From NCBI RefSeq assembly GCF_000020225.1, contig NC_010655.1, positions 1,530,001 through 1,562,000 on the forward strand: a DNA stretch of 32,000 bases. The letters are read 5' to 3'. Source of the stretch: Akkermansia muciniphila ATCC BAA-835. Its GTDB lineage: Bacteria > Verrucomicrobiota > Verrucomicrobiia > Verrucomicrobiales > Akkermansiaceae. Both the position numbers and the translations under genes were made by a program. Positions 15,326 to 27,383 of this stretch are shown here, piece by piece. The stretch's first letter is position 1, and each line of letters opens with the position of its first letter. Below the pieces are notes generated by a model. That model saw only the letters and a program-made list of their open reading frames with translations, made no database searches and had not been told where the DNA came from.

Positions 15326-18300
15326 ATGAGACTTCATCTCCCTCCGTCCTTGCGTTCCGCCCTTCTCGCTTCCCTGGTTTCCTTCTCCGGCATTTACTCT
15401 TATTCCCATGCTGCAACCTCGGCGGATTTCTGGCAGATCCCCGATTTTGGCGGTCCTGATTTTACATGGACGGGGGCTGGGGAAGGCGACGCTGTGGGGA
15501 CGGCAGGCAACTGGGAGGGAGGCTCGGCGCCGTCCCGCGTGGACAATAAGGGTCCGCATTTGATTTTTAATGGCGTGGATGTGACGGTTACGGGAACGCC
15601 TCCCAATACCTCGGACGGAGGCGGTATTTCCGTTACGGGGAACGGAAGTGTGTCTGTGGGGCTTGGACAATGGGGCGGCAATGTTTACGTGGAAAAGGGT
15701 TCCTCCCTTACCACTTCTTTCGGTACCCAGCTCAAAAATATGGAGCCAGAGGGGCATGCCAATATCTATGTGGACGGCACTCTGAACATGACTACTCCGG
15801 GAGGGAATCTCAATTTTGACAATGGTACCGGTGCCGATAATCATTACTGGCACATTGGGCTTGACGGAATGATCAACCTGTCAAACACCACCACAATTAC
15901 CAAGAACGCCAAAACATGGAATGTGGAGGTAGTGGTTGCCAGCGCCATGGAAGGGCTTGCGGTCACCAATCGCGAGATGGTTGACGACGCCCTGATCACA
16001 CGCTATTTCATGTCTACAGGGGCTGATTTGGGGGCATCCCTGGATTCCCTGCGTATTTGGAAGCAAACCGGGGATGATGCTTATGAGGCATTGACGAGGG
16101 TTGATTCCGCCGGCCAGCTGGGGGCGGGTAATTTCCTGCTTGTTTCCAACGGTTCCGGCATGTCCGTGCAGTACAAGGGGGAAGGGTATGATGCAGAAAC
16201 TCTGGTGTGGAATTCCAACGGGACATGGAGCAATACGGGAACGGGCTGGTACAAGCAGGGTGACGGAACCAAGACGGATACTTCCTTCCTGAATGGGGAT
16301 GCCGTTATCTTCACAGCGGCAGAAGGCTCCAAAACAGTCAATTTCTCCGGAGGGCTCAATGTCTCCTCCATGACATTTGAGACGGATTATACGCTCCTTC
16401 CCGGGGAAGGCGCCACTCTTTTTGCCCAGGAAACGGTTTTAAGCAACGGCTCGTCCCTGACGTTGGGTGACGGGGATCACCGTTTTTCCGGTTTTGAAAG
16501 CCTGGTGACGGGAGGGGAAAATTCTTCCCTCATGGTTTACATGAAAACGGAGGCTTCTTCTGCAGGAAGCGTCAATTTGCTGGAGGGTTCGGCCCTTCAG
16601 AATCTTTACGTTTATGGAGCCTTGAGACTGGGGGCTTCTTCCCAGTCGGGATCATGGATGCTTGGCGGAGCCAGCCTGCATATGATGGCGGGTTCTACCA
16701 TGGTGTTCGGTTCCGATGCGGGGACATCCATCGGAGCGGGGCAAACGGTAATCGCGGAGGGCAGCTTGAATGTCTATGCGCAGAATGTTTCCGACAGCAA
16801 CACGTATCTCTGGAACCTGGTGGGCGGCGAGAGCGTCTCGACTGGAGATACGCTGACCTTTAACGGGACCAGCAATCCGACCGTAGCAGGGAATATCACA
16901 TACGCCGGGAATATCGTATCTGGCGCCCAGACCGGTTCCACGGTGACGTTTACGGGAAATATCCAGGCGGAATCGTTCAAGGTAGCCCATTATTACGGCA
17001 GGGTTCATATGGCCGATAATGAATTGGAAGTTAATAAACTGTGGGTCGGGGCCGGCGGTGGGTATGACAATTCCTTATATGGTGCTCTTGATCTTGATTC
17101 CGGCAATGTGACTACGGCAGGCCAGGTCCGGCTTGCCGAGCTGGGGCATGGGGTGCTTAATGTGAACCAGGGTTCCTCTCTGACTGTCACCGGCAGCAAT
17201 AATACCCATAGCACAAGCGCCAGTTTCCTGCTGGCTCACTGGGCTTATTCAGGGGAACTTAATTTGAGGGGCGGTTCTTTGACTGCATTGCAGTCCTCGA
17301 TGCATCTGTCCTGGGATGGCACTGGCATTTTCAATGCCGCGTCCGGAACGGCCAATTTGCAGGGAATGGACTTTTGGGCTTCCGGAAGCGGTTCATTCCG
17401 GGGCAGTTTCCTGTTGGGCGGCGCAACGTCCGGGGATGCCAGGGTGAACATAGGTTCTTCGGGCATTGCCAATGTGGCGGGAGCGGCCGTTATCAAACTG
17501 GGAGAAGGCACTCTGGGGGCTTTGTCCAACTGGGGTATAAGCTATAATCCGGATTTCACGGCATCTTATATAGAACTTCTGGGCACGGTGAATGGGACTA
17601 TCCTTGACACGCTGGATGCCAATGACCATGCCACGGGGCGTACTGTGACTTTCTCCAACGGGCTGAAGGGAGACGGTAAGCTCGTGAAGGTTGGCGACGG
17701 GGTTCTGGTTCTTAACGGAACAGCCCAGGCCCCGGTTCCTGCCGAAGGAGAAACGGCAGCCGTCCCCGGCTTTACCGGAACAGTGGAATTGAGGGAAGGC
17801 GGTTTGACGGTGAAGGATTCCAGCGTTATCGGGCAGGGGGCTTTGCTGATCGGAGGCGGTCTTACTGTGAACGTTACGTCCGCGGACGGGTATGTGCTGA
17901 ATGCCGGTTCCACGCTGGGCTCCACGGGAATTTCCGGAGGAACGGCTACTTTATCCGCCGGGTTGACGTTAAACGGCGGCACCCTGAGCTTCAGTTCTCT
18001 TGATTCGGAGACGGCGGCCCTGACCGTCAACTCCATCAGCGGCAGTGAGGCTACGGAAGTACGGCTGGGGCTGTCTTCCCTGGAAACGGGGATTAGTTAT
18101 GCCTTGCTTTCCGGAGCAGGGTTGACGGAAAGTTCTTTCTTTACTTTGGGCGGAGCTGCTGCGGAGTTGTACAATGGAACGTTTTCCGTCAGCAACGGCA
18201 CTCTTTACGTCAATTTGAGTGACAAGGAAGGTTTGTTGAGGTGGAAGAGCGGCACTTGGAATACGGAAAGCTCGAATACTTCCTGGAGCCTTGACGGGAC

Positions 18301-21300
18301 ACCGTCAGCTTATGCCGACGGGGAGACCGTATATTTCTCCAATGGCGATGGCGTGGATAAAAATGTGACGATTGCGGGGAATGTCGCTCCAGGCAGAATC
18401 AATGTTTCCGGTACGGATTTCATTTTTACGGGTGACGGTTCCATTACCGGGGATACGACGCTGAACCTGCTGGATGGAGCTTCCCTGACCATGAACAACG
18501 CCAACTCCTATGCCGGGGATACCGTTCTTGGCGATGGCAGCAAACTCGTTGTCGGCAATGCCGGAGCGCTGGGCACCAGCACGGTCCTGTTGCAGGGAGA
18601 TTCCGTTCTGGAACTGACCACGGGGACGTGGAACGGGTTGGGAACACGTTTGAACGTCAATTCCTCAGGCACGCTGAAATTGAGCGGGAACGCCTCCGGA
18701 ACGACAACGGCCGCCCTGACTGGAGTCAGGTATGAGCTGGGAGCCAATACCACGCTGACCCTTTCCGCCGGAACCTATGGAAATACGATTACCGGGGCCG
18801 GTACGCTGATATCCGCGGTAGGAACGAATGTCCTTAATGGAAATGTTGATATTACAGGAGAGTACAGGGTGCTGGCAACCAACGGCACGGCATGTACCTG
18901 GACGCTGGGGGCCGGCGCTTCCGTGACGGCGGGAAGCTTCATCGGCCGCTACGAGTACAATGGAACAACCACGCTCAACATCAGCCGGGACGCCGTGATG
19001 AACATTACCGGCACGCTGCGGATTGCCCGTGACGGAAAAGGCGTCATGAATATTGGTTCGGGCGGCATGGTGCTGGCCCAGACGCTGGATTTGGGGCAGA
19101 ACTGGGATGGAGTAAGCGCCAAGGGCGCCACCATTAATCTGAATGGCGGTTCCCTGCTTCTCGGTTCAGGCGGCATGACGGCATCCGGAAATACCAATAC
19201 GATTGCCCTGAACATGAACTCCGGGACGCTGGGGACGACGGCGGCGGAAGGCTGGTCTTCCGCCTACAATATGTCCCTTACTGGAAATGTGACGGTTGAT
19301 ACCCGCCAGTATGATGCGGAAACCAAGTCCTACCATGACCAGGCTTCCACCGGCATCACCCTCGGAGGCGTCTTTTCCGGAGCGGGCGGCCTGACGAAAA
19401 CCGGCTTAGGCACCTTGACCCTTTCCGGGCAGAATACCTATACGGGCCTGACTAATGTCCAGGCCGGAACGCTGGCGTTTACGAATACGAATGCCATGGC
19501 CCTGGGCAGCATTTCCATGGGTGCGGGCGCCAGAATGACGACGGCTTCTGCTCTGACGCTGAATAGCGGCGCTACCCTCACTTTTGACATGACGGGCGTG
19601 GTGGCGAATGAGCCTGTCATCAATATCACGGCCGGGTCCCTGGCTCTTACGGATTCGTTCTGTGTGCTGACTATCAATAATTATGGTGAATTGGAGGCAT
19701 CTAACTATGTCCTGGCCCAGTGGGCTGCGGATGGAAGCCTGACGACGGATTCCTTCACATGGACGCCCGACATCACCAGGGAAGGGTTCGAATATTCCGT
19801 GGTGGTGGAAAATAACCAGCTTGTGCTGAAGGTTGCTGACGTCAGCGGGGACAATGGTTTTGTCTGGAACGGAGGAACGGACCGGAAGTGGATCAACACC
19901 AGTGTTGACGGCTGGACGACGAGGCTGACGGGGGCGGATACGCTGGATAATCAGGAAATTTACTTCTCCTCCGCGGAAGCGGGTGAAGTCAAGGTTTCCG
20001 GCATTGTAACTCCCAAGAGCGTTGTTTTCAACAGCGGCGCTTACACGTTGGTCAGCGATCCTGACAGCGAGGGGGCTATTGCGGATTCCACAGCTCCCAC
20101 CACGCTTACCGTGAACGGTACGGCTGAAGTTGCCTTAAACCTGGCCAATACCTATACCGGAGGGACGATACTCAATGGCGGTACCCTTACCATTGGCGCT
20201 GACGGAGCGCTGGGAACGGAAGGGGATATTATATTCAACGGGGGGACGCTGGCCTATGCGGATTCCGTTGCCGGTGAGGATGCGACAGGGTATGACATTT
20301 CCAGCCGTGTCAACGTCGGAGACGGAGGTTTCCTGAACGTTTCCGTGCTTGGCGCCGGGGATACCGTTTCCTGGGCCGGCTTGTCAGCCGATGTCATGGG
20401 GGCCGGCACTACCCTGACCAAAACGGGAGCGGGCACGCTGGCCCTTGGATACGCAGGGAATACCCTGGCCCACCTTACTGTGGAAGAGGGCACGCTCGCT
20501 TTCACGGGCGGTGCGACTATCGGCGTAAATCCGAACAATGCTACTATTGTTCGCGTCAGTGAAGGCGCTTCCCTTGCTCTTTCCGGCGGAACCGTCAACC
20601 TGCATGCCCAGCTCAATGGGGCGGGCACCGTCACTATCGGGACTGCGGATACTGCGGGACTGGTCAATATCTCCAATACGGGCAATACCAACTTTACTGG
20701 CCGCCTGGAACTGGTCGGCAACGGGGTGAATATGAATACCAATGCCAACTGGGTAGCCTTTGGGGCAGGAAATACGCTGGGAGGCGGTACCGTTTTCATC
20801 GACGGCAAGGGCTTCCATTTTTCCGCGGGTACGACGGCGGCCAATTTTGAAATCGGCGCAACCCACGGTGCGATGCAGAACGGCTCCTCCGGCGCCACAT
20901 ACACTTTCTCCGGAAACCTTTCCGGTTCGGGTACGTGGGCCATGGCTGCGAACGTTCGGATGAACAATGTCCTCACGGGATCCCTCAAGGACTTCTCGGG
21001 GACCCTGTCCACCAATGAGACTTCCGCCAACAACAATCGCCAGGCCTGGAACTTCGGTTCCGGCGGGGTTTGCGCCACGGGTGAAGGGAATTCCGTTTTT
21101 GGAGACGGCGCTATTCTGGGAGGTAACACGGGTTCCTCGGATACCGGGCTGGCCGCACAATACAACGTCAACTACAACAATACGGAACTGGTGTTGAACG
21201 CTCTGGTGCAGGGCAACTCCAGCCTGACGCACGCAGGCACGGGCACTCTGATTCTGGATCAGGCCAATACCGCTACGGGAGCGCTCGGCATTACAAATGC

Positions 21301-24300
21301 CGGAGCCGTAGTCCAGCTTGGTACGGAAGACAAGGCCGGCCAGTGGGCCGGAACCGTGCTGAATGGAGCGGGAACGCTGAAAATCGTCAATGGCGCGCTG
21401 ACCTCCGCCATGACGCGGGCGGAAGGCGCCACGGCAGCCATTGTCGTGGACTCAGCAGCTTCTGTCAATTTGGGGGGGACTGACGGCAGCATGCTCAAGG
21501 GCATTACGCTGGCTGCCGGAGGCTGGCTTACCAACGTTTCCGGAGATATTACGGTGGGGGCGGGAGCCACGGAAACATTGAATCTTACCTTGAGAGCGGA
21601 TAACATCAACCAGGATGCGGCCGGGGCGGCCATCATTGACCAGGGAGACGGCAGGCTTGTCATCAACAATCCCGCCACAGTCAATCTGGACATTGACGCC
21701 ATTGTGAACACGCTCGTCGCCCATAAGGAAGCCGGTGCGGAAAGCTGGCTCACCCTGACGACCGGAACGCTGGAATGCGAAAACCTTGGCGATATCCAGT
21801 TCAGCAAGATTCTTTCCAATTACGGTATCCGCGTGACGGGCACCGATGGAGGAAGCCTGGTGCTCAGCGGGCAGGTCAGCGGGCTTTATATGGTGGATGA
21901 TTCCTCTACTTCCGATCCTGATACCGTCACCAACTACGGCACGCTGGGGATGTACTCCGGCGTGGTGATTTCCCAGGACAAGACGCTTACCGTTCAGTTG
22001 GCCGGCGCACCCGGCGATTCCGACGGGGACGGCGCGGTCATCAACAACCTGCTGGGCGCTACGGGAAGCACGCTGAAAGTGGAAAACACCAGTGCGGACG
22101 GAGGCAACGCTGTTGTCATCCTCAACAACGAACGTCTGGAAACGGGATTGCCTGCTCCTGATGATTACGCCGGTGCGGATTCCATCATGGGCGGAAGCAT
22201 TGTCGGGGAAAACGGAGTCACCTTCGTCAAGCAAAACACGGGCAATCTGACAGTCAACGGTTCTTTTGTGACGGACACCCTGCGTGTGGAAGGCGGTTCC
22301 CTCGCTCTTAACGGTGAAGGGAACAGCTTTAATCATGTGGAACTTGCCGGCGCAGAGGAAGGGAGTGTTCTGGACATCAACCGGAATACCGTCATGGGTG
22401 ATTTGACGGACAGCGGCGAAGGCGCAGCCCTGAACATCGGCAGCGGAGCCTCCCTTTCCGTCAACGGCGCCAGCAATCTTTCCTCCAGCACCATCCAGGG
22501 CAGCGGAACGCTGACCCTCCGTGATACGCTGGAAATTTCCGGAACAGCCTCCCTTCAGGGCGGTGTTCTTCTTGATCTGGCAAAAGATGACGATTCCACG
22601 GGAACGCTCGACCTCGGTTCGACATCCGGCAGCACCGTTTCCGGAATCGGCGGAGAGGGAACACTGAAGAGCGCAGGAGGCGTTTTGACCGTCAATACCG
22701 GTAATTCGGGCGGCGGTTCCGTTTTCAGCGGTACGCTGGAGGGACGCGGGCAGCTTAATATTTCCGGCAATGCCGGGCAGACGTTTGAAAACGTCATGAC
22801 CGCTGCCGGCAGCAGCTGGGCAGTTAACAGCACGGGCCTTCTCAATATCCGGATGGGTGGGACGGTAGACAACCCGAGAGCCAATACGGCGCTGACCCTC
22901 AGCAGCTTGACGCTGGGAGACGGTTCCAGTACGAACCTTACCTTCAACACGGACTACGCTGGCCCCATTATCAGCGTGACCGGAAATATCAGCATCAGCC
23001 AGGGCGCGGAAATAACTCTCAGTTCTACTGGCGGGAATGAACTGACTCTGGACGCAGACGGAAGTTATACGCTCATGCACGCGGATGGCACCATTGATCT
23101 GGGAGGAAGCGACAGGCTGGCTATCCTGCTGGATCCCTCCTCCTCCGCTTTCAAGAAATTTGAAAATGATGCGTACCTGGTGATGGAAAACGGCAACCTT
23201 GTTCTGATGGCCACGGCTTCCAAGGACAATAAATATGCCCGCCTTGCGGATACGTTTAATTCCAGGGCCGGAGCAGAACTTCTCTGGAACCTGCCCGGCG
23301 ATCTTGCTGCGGATTCCATCCTCAAGAAGGTGGATGACGCCGTAGGAGCCCTGACGTCTTCCAACCCCTCGGAAGCGAAACGCACCATGGCAGCAGTGGC
23401 TGGGAGCACGGTCAACGCGCTGGGGACGGCACAGAGGGACGCCCTGCGCGACCAGATGGGCTGGATCAGGAACCGGACCACCCTCATGGGCGTCAACCCG
23501 GCCTACGTCAACGACGACCTCCCCCGCTTCCACATGTGGATGGAAGGCACGGGCTCCTACGCCAAGCTCGACACCCGCGGGGATGAAAGCGGCTACCAGC
23601 TCACCACCTGGGGAGGCACGGTAGGCATGGACGCGGACCTCAGCGACCGCCTCACGGTGGGAGCGGCCTTCACGGCCGGCTACGGCGACCTGACGGCCGG
23701 CGCGGCGGACAGCGCCGACGGGCACCTGGACAGCTACTACGCCAGCCTCTTCGGCCGCTACCAGGACAGGCGCTGGGCGCACACGCTCATCCTGACGGGA
23801 GGGTGGAACGACGCGAAACTCAACCGTACGGTCAACTATGGGGAAGGAAGCTACGGGACGCAGGGAAGCACCAGCGGGTGGGGCTTTGGAGCGATGTATG
23901 AACTCACCTACGACGTATACCTCAACGAAAACCGCAGCAGCGTGCTGCAGCCGCTGTTCAACGCCTCGGTGGTGACGACGCGGATGGACGGCTATGAGGA
24001 AACGGGTGCGGGCAACGCGGGCCTGAACGTCGGCAGGCAGGACTGGACGACGGGGACGCTGGCGCTGGGCGGCCGGTGGATGGGCCTGGTGGGCAGCAAC
24101 ATCTTCGGACGAGAAGCGCTGGCGGAAATCCGAGTAAACGCGGCGCAGGACCTGGGAGACCGGAGAGGGGAAACGAACGTCTCTCTGCTGGGCAACCCCG
24201 GCTTTGCGCAAAGCGTGAGGGGGGCGAAAGAGGGAACGACGGCGCTGCAGCTGGGAGCCGGACTGAGCGTGCCTGTAGGAACGAAGGGAACCATCTACGT

Positions 24301-24373
24301 GAACGGGAACGCGGACATCCGTGACGGGTCCAGCGCACTGAACGGAAGCGTCGGCTACCGCTACGACTTCTAA
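15326..24373 (+). CDS. giant type Va autotransporter (about 3,015 aa) with a beta-helical passenger carrying autotransporter-associated beta-strand repeats
   Basis: Uninterrupted 9-kb ORF. The track starts at TTG 15317; the first ATG is at 15326. It has a signal peptide (LRSALLASLVSFSGIYSYSHA/AT). The passenger is G/T/S/N/L-rich, Cys-poor, and carries repeated PATR-type motifs such as GGLTKTGLGTLTLSGQNTYTGLTNVQAGTLAF, TLTKTGAGTLALGYAGNTL and NTYTGGTILNGGTLTIGADGALG. The C-terminus is an alternating-hydrophobic beta-barrel ending in ...VGYRYDF (terminal aromatic). Confidence 0.9.
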   Translation: MRLHLPPSLRSALLASLVSFSGIYSYSHAATSADFWQIPDFGGPDFTWTGAGEGDAVGTAGNWEGGSAPSRVDNKGPHLIFNGVDVTVTGTPPNTSDGGGISVTGNGSVSVGLGQWGGNVYVEKGSSLTTSFGTQLKNMEPEGHANIYVDGTLNMTTPGGNLNFDNGTGADNHYWHIGLDGMINLSNTTTITKNAKTWNVEVVVASAMEGLAVTNREMVDDALITRYFMSTGADLGASLDSLRIWKQTGDDAYEALTRVDSAGQLGAGNFLLVSNGSGMSVQYKGEGYDAETLVWNSNGTWSNTGTGWYKQGDGTKTDTSFLNGDAVIFTAAEGSKTVNFSGGLNVSSMTFETDYTLLPGEGATLFAQETVLSNGSSLTLGDGDHRFSGFESLVTGGENSSLMVYMKTEASSAGSVNLLEGSALQNLYVYGALRLGASSQSGSWMLGGASLHMMAGSTMVFGSDAGTSIGAGQTVIAEGSLNVYAQNVSDSNTYLWNLVGGESVSTGDTLTFNGTSNPTVAGNITYAGNIVSGAQTGSTVTFTGNIQAESFKVAHYYGRVHMADNELEVNKLWVGAGGGYDNSLYGALDLDSGNVTTAGQVRLAELGHGVLNVNQGSSLTVTGSNNTHSTSASFLLAHWAYSGELNLRGGSLTALQSSMHLSWDGTGIFNAASGTANLQGMDFWASGSGSFRGSFLLGGATSGDARVNIGSSGIANVAGAAVIKLGEGTLGALSNWGISYNPDFTASYIELLGTVNGTILDTLDANDHATGRTVTFSNGLKGDGKLVKVGDGVLVLNGTAQAPVPAEGETAAVPGFTGTVELREGGLTVKDSSVIGQGALLIGGGLTVNVTSADGYVLNAGSTLGSTGISGGTATLSAGLTLNGGTLSFSSLDSETAALTVNSISGSEATEVRLGLSSLETGISYALLSGAGLTESSFFTLGGAAAELYNGTFSVSNGTLYVNLSDKEGLLRWKSGTWNTESSNTSWSLDGTPSAYADGETVYFSNGDGVDKNVTIAGNVAPGRINVSGTDFIFTGDGSITGDTTLNLLDGASLTMNNANSYAGDTVLGDGSKLVVGNAGALGTSTVLLQGDSVLELTTGTWNGLGTRLNVNSSGTLKLSGNASGTTTAALTGVRYELGANTTLTLSAGTYGNTITGAGTLISAVGTNVLNGNVDITGEYRVLATNGTACTWTLGAGASVTAGSFIGRYEYNGTTTLNISRDAVMNITGTLRIARDGKGVMNIGSGGMVLAQTLDLGQNWDGVSAKGATINLNGGSLLLGSGGMTASGNTNTIALNMNSGTLGTTAAEGWSSAYNMSLTGNVTVDTRQYDAETKSYHDQASTGITLGGVFSGAGGLTKTGLGTLTLSGQNTYTGLTNVQAGTLAFTNTNAMALGSISMGAGARMTTASALTLNSGATLTFDMTGVVANEPVINITAGSLALTDSFCVLTINNYGELEASNYVLAQWAADGSLTTDSFTWTPDITREGFEYSVVVENNQLVLKVADVSGDNGFVWNGGTDRKWINTSVDGWTTRLTGADTLDNQEIYFSSAEAGEVKVSGIVTPKSVVFNSGAYTLVSDPDSEGAIADSTAPTTLTVNGTAEVALNLANTYTGGTILNGGTLTIGADGALGTEGDIIFNGGTLAYADSVAGEDATGYDISSRVNVGDGGFLNVSVLGAGDTVSWAGLSADVMGAGTTLTKTGAGTLALGYAGNTLAHLTVEEGTLAFTGGATIGVNPNNATIVRVSEGASLALSGGTVNLHAQLNGAGTVTIGTADTAGLVNISNTGNTNFTGRLELVGNGVNMNTNANWVAFGAGNTLGGGTVFIDGKGFHFSAGTTAANFEIGATHGAMQNGSSGATYTFSGNLSGSGTWAMAANVRMNNVLTGSLKDFSGTLSTNETSANNNRQAWNFGSGGVCATGEGNSVFGDGAILGGNTGSSDTGLAAQYNVNYNNTELVLNALVQGNSSLTHAGTGTLILDQANTATGALGITNAGAVVQLGTEDKAGQWAGTVLNGAGTLKIVNGALTSAMTRAEGATAAIVVDSAASVNLGGTDGSMLKGITLAAGGWLTNVSGDITVGAGATETLNLTLRADNINQDAAGAAIIDQGDGRLVINNPATVNLDIDAIVNTLVAHKEAGAESWLTLTTGTLECENLGDIQFSKILSNYGIRVTGTDGGSLVLSGQVSGLYMVDDSSTSDPDTVTNYGTLGMYSGVVISQDKTLTVQLAGAPGDSDGDGAVINNLLGATGSTLKVENTSADGGNAVVILNNERLETGLPAPDDYAGADSIMGGSIVGENGVTFVKQNTGNLTVNGSFVTDTLRVEGGSLALNGEGNSFNHVELAGAEEGSVLDINRNTVMGDLTDSGEGAALNIGSGASLSVNGASNLSSSTIQGSGTLTLRDTLEISGTASLQGGVLLDLAKDDDSTGTLDLGSTSGSTVSGIGGEGTLKSAGGVLTVNTGNSGGGSVFSGTLEGRGQLNISGNAGQTFENVMTAAGSSWAVNSTGLLNIRMGGTVDNPRANTALTLSSLTLGDGSSTNLTFNTDYAGPIISVTGNISISQGAEITLSSTGGNELTLDADGSYTLMHADGTIDLGGSDRLAILLDPSSSAFKKFENDAYLVMENGNLVLMATASKDNKYARLADTFNSRAGAELLWNLPGDLAADSILKKVDDAVGALTSSNPSEAKRTMAAVAGSTVNALGTAQRDALRDQMGWIRNRTTLMGVNPAYVNDDLPRFHMWMEGTGSYAKLDTRGDESGYQLTTWGGTVGMDADLSDRLTVGAAFTAGYGDLTAGAADSADGHLDSYYASLFGRYQDRRWAHTLILTGGWNDAKLNRTVNYGEGSYGTQGSTSGWGFGAMYELTYDVYLNENRSSVLQPLFNASVVTTRMDGYEETGAGNAGLNVGRQDWTTGTLALGGRWMGLVGSNIFGREALAEIRVNAAQDLGDRRGETNVSLLGNPGFAQSVRGAKEGTTALQLGAGLSVPVGTKGTIYVNGNADIRDGSSALNGSVGYRYDF
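23521..24370 (+). other. autotransporter beta-barrel translocator domain (C-terminal ~283 aa)
   Basis: RFHMWMEGTGSYAKLDTRGDESGYQLTTWGGTVGMDADL...TVGAAFTAGYG...YYASLFGRY...GWGFGAMYELTYD...GYRYDF is the typical autotransporter beta-domain pattern. It coincides with a visible rise in GC. Confidence 0.8.
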
Positions 24374-24431
24374 CAAGAAAGAAAACACAAGGAGGGGGCC
24401 CCACCCCCGAAAGGCCTTCCTCCTGACCCTC

Positions 24432-24466
24432 CAGAGCCGCTCCGGAACAACTTCGGAGCGGCTCTG
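24432..24466 (+). terminator. perfect 13-bp hairpin downstream of the autotransporter gene (terminator candidate without U-tract)
   Basis: CAGAGCCGCTCCG (24432-24444) / CGGAGCGGCTCTG (24454-24466) with a 9-nt loop, 59 nt after the stop codon. It is followed only by TT. Confidence 0.45.
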
Positions 24467-24764
24467 TTGCCTGAGGAAAGCCCCTTGGGGCGGCCCGGAT
24501 GGGCCAAAAACAAAACAGCGGCAAGAAAAAAGAATGCGCCGTCCCCACGGAAGCCATGGCCCTTTTTCCCCTCGTCCCCTCCCGTGAAACGCCTCATCCT
24601 CTCCTCAAATCTGTAAAAACGCGCCAAATGTTTCCGGAAGCCCTCTCCGCTGTCCGGAGCCGGAAAAGAACGGAACGCGAGCAATAGGGCCTTTTTTATG
24701 CGATTTCAGCGGAATTTTGCAAGGCTAGGCCCTACGCGCGCGCACGCGATTTATAACATTAGTC

Positions 24765-27360
<2,596 letters not shown>

Positions 27361-27383
27361 CCCCCGCACTCTCTTTCAGCACC

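Noticed and set aside
21472-21478. Homopolymer tracts that could mediate phase variation: G7 inside the autotransporter CDS, G7 at 3010-3016 (intergenic) and C7 at 27722-27728.
   Set aside because: Seven nucleotides is at or below the usual threshold for slipped-strand switching. An equally long C7 sits inside essential gyrA, which shows such runs occur here without regulatory meaning.
21452-24388. Very long antisense ORFs opposite real genes. They include the 978-aa ORF here, plus 20254-21171, 20384-21232, 13477-14976, 8987-10831, 25891-27369, 28056-29801, 24775-25737, 30356-31231, 202-1404 and 2943-4109.
   Set aside because: All lie opposite genes with strong, motif-supported identities. 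Their translations are Arg/Gly/Pro/His-rich low-complexity sequence. In GC-rich coding DNA, sense codons TTA/CTA/TCA are rare, so the reverse frame seldom hits a stop. These are shadow ORFs, not genes.
24473-24480. GAGGAAAG, reminiscent of the conserved GGAGGAAAGUCCGGGC core of RNase P RNA, inside the long noncoding gap. I also looked there for SRP RNA, tmRNA or tRNA signatures.
   Set aside because: No other conserved RNase P blocks (GGGUGAAAGGGUG, ACAGAA-CCGGCUUA) occur on either strand. There is no T-loop GGTTCGAATCC and no SRP domain IV motif. An 8-mer match is expected by chance.
24370-24687. Small ORFs in the autotransporter-gyrB gap: 24499-24687 (+, 62 aa) and 24370-24684 (-, 104 aa).
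   Set aside because: They have no recognisable motif or ribosome-binding context. Their composition is very basic or Gly/Pro-rich, and they overlap each other on opposite strands and span the hairpins. Coding cannot be supported from sequence alone.
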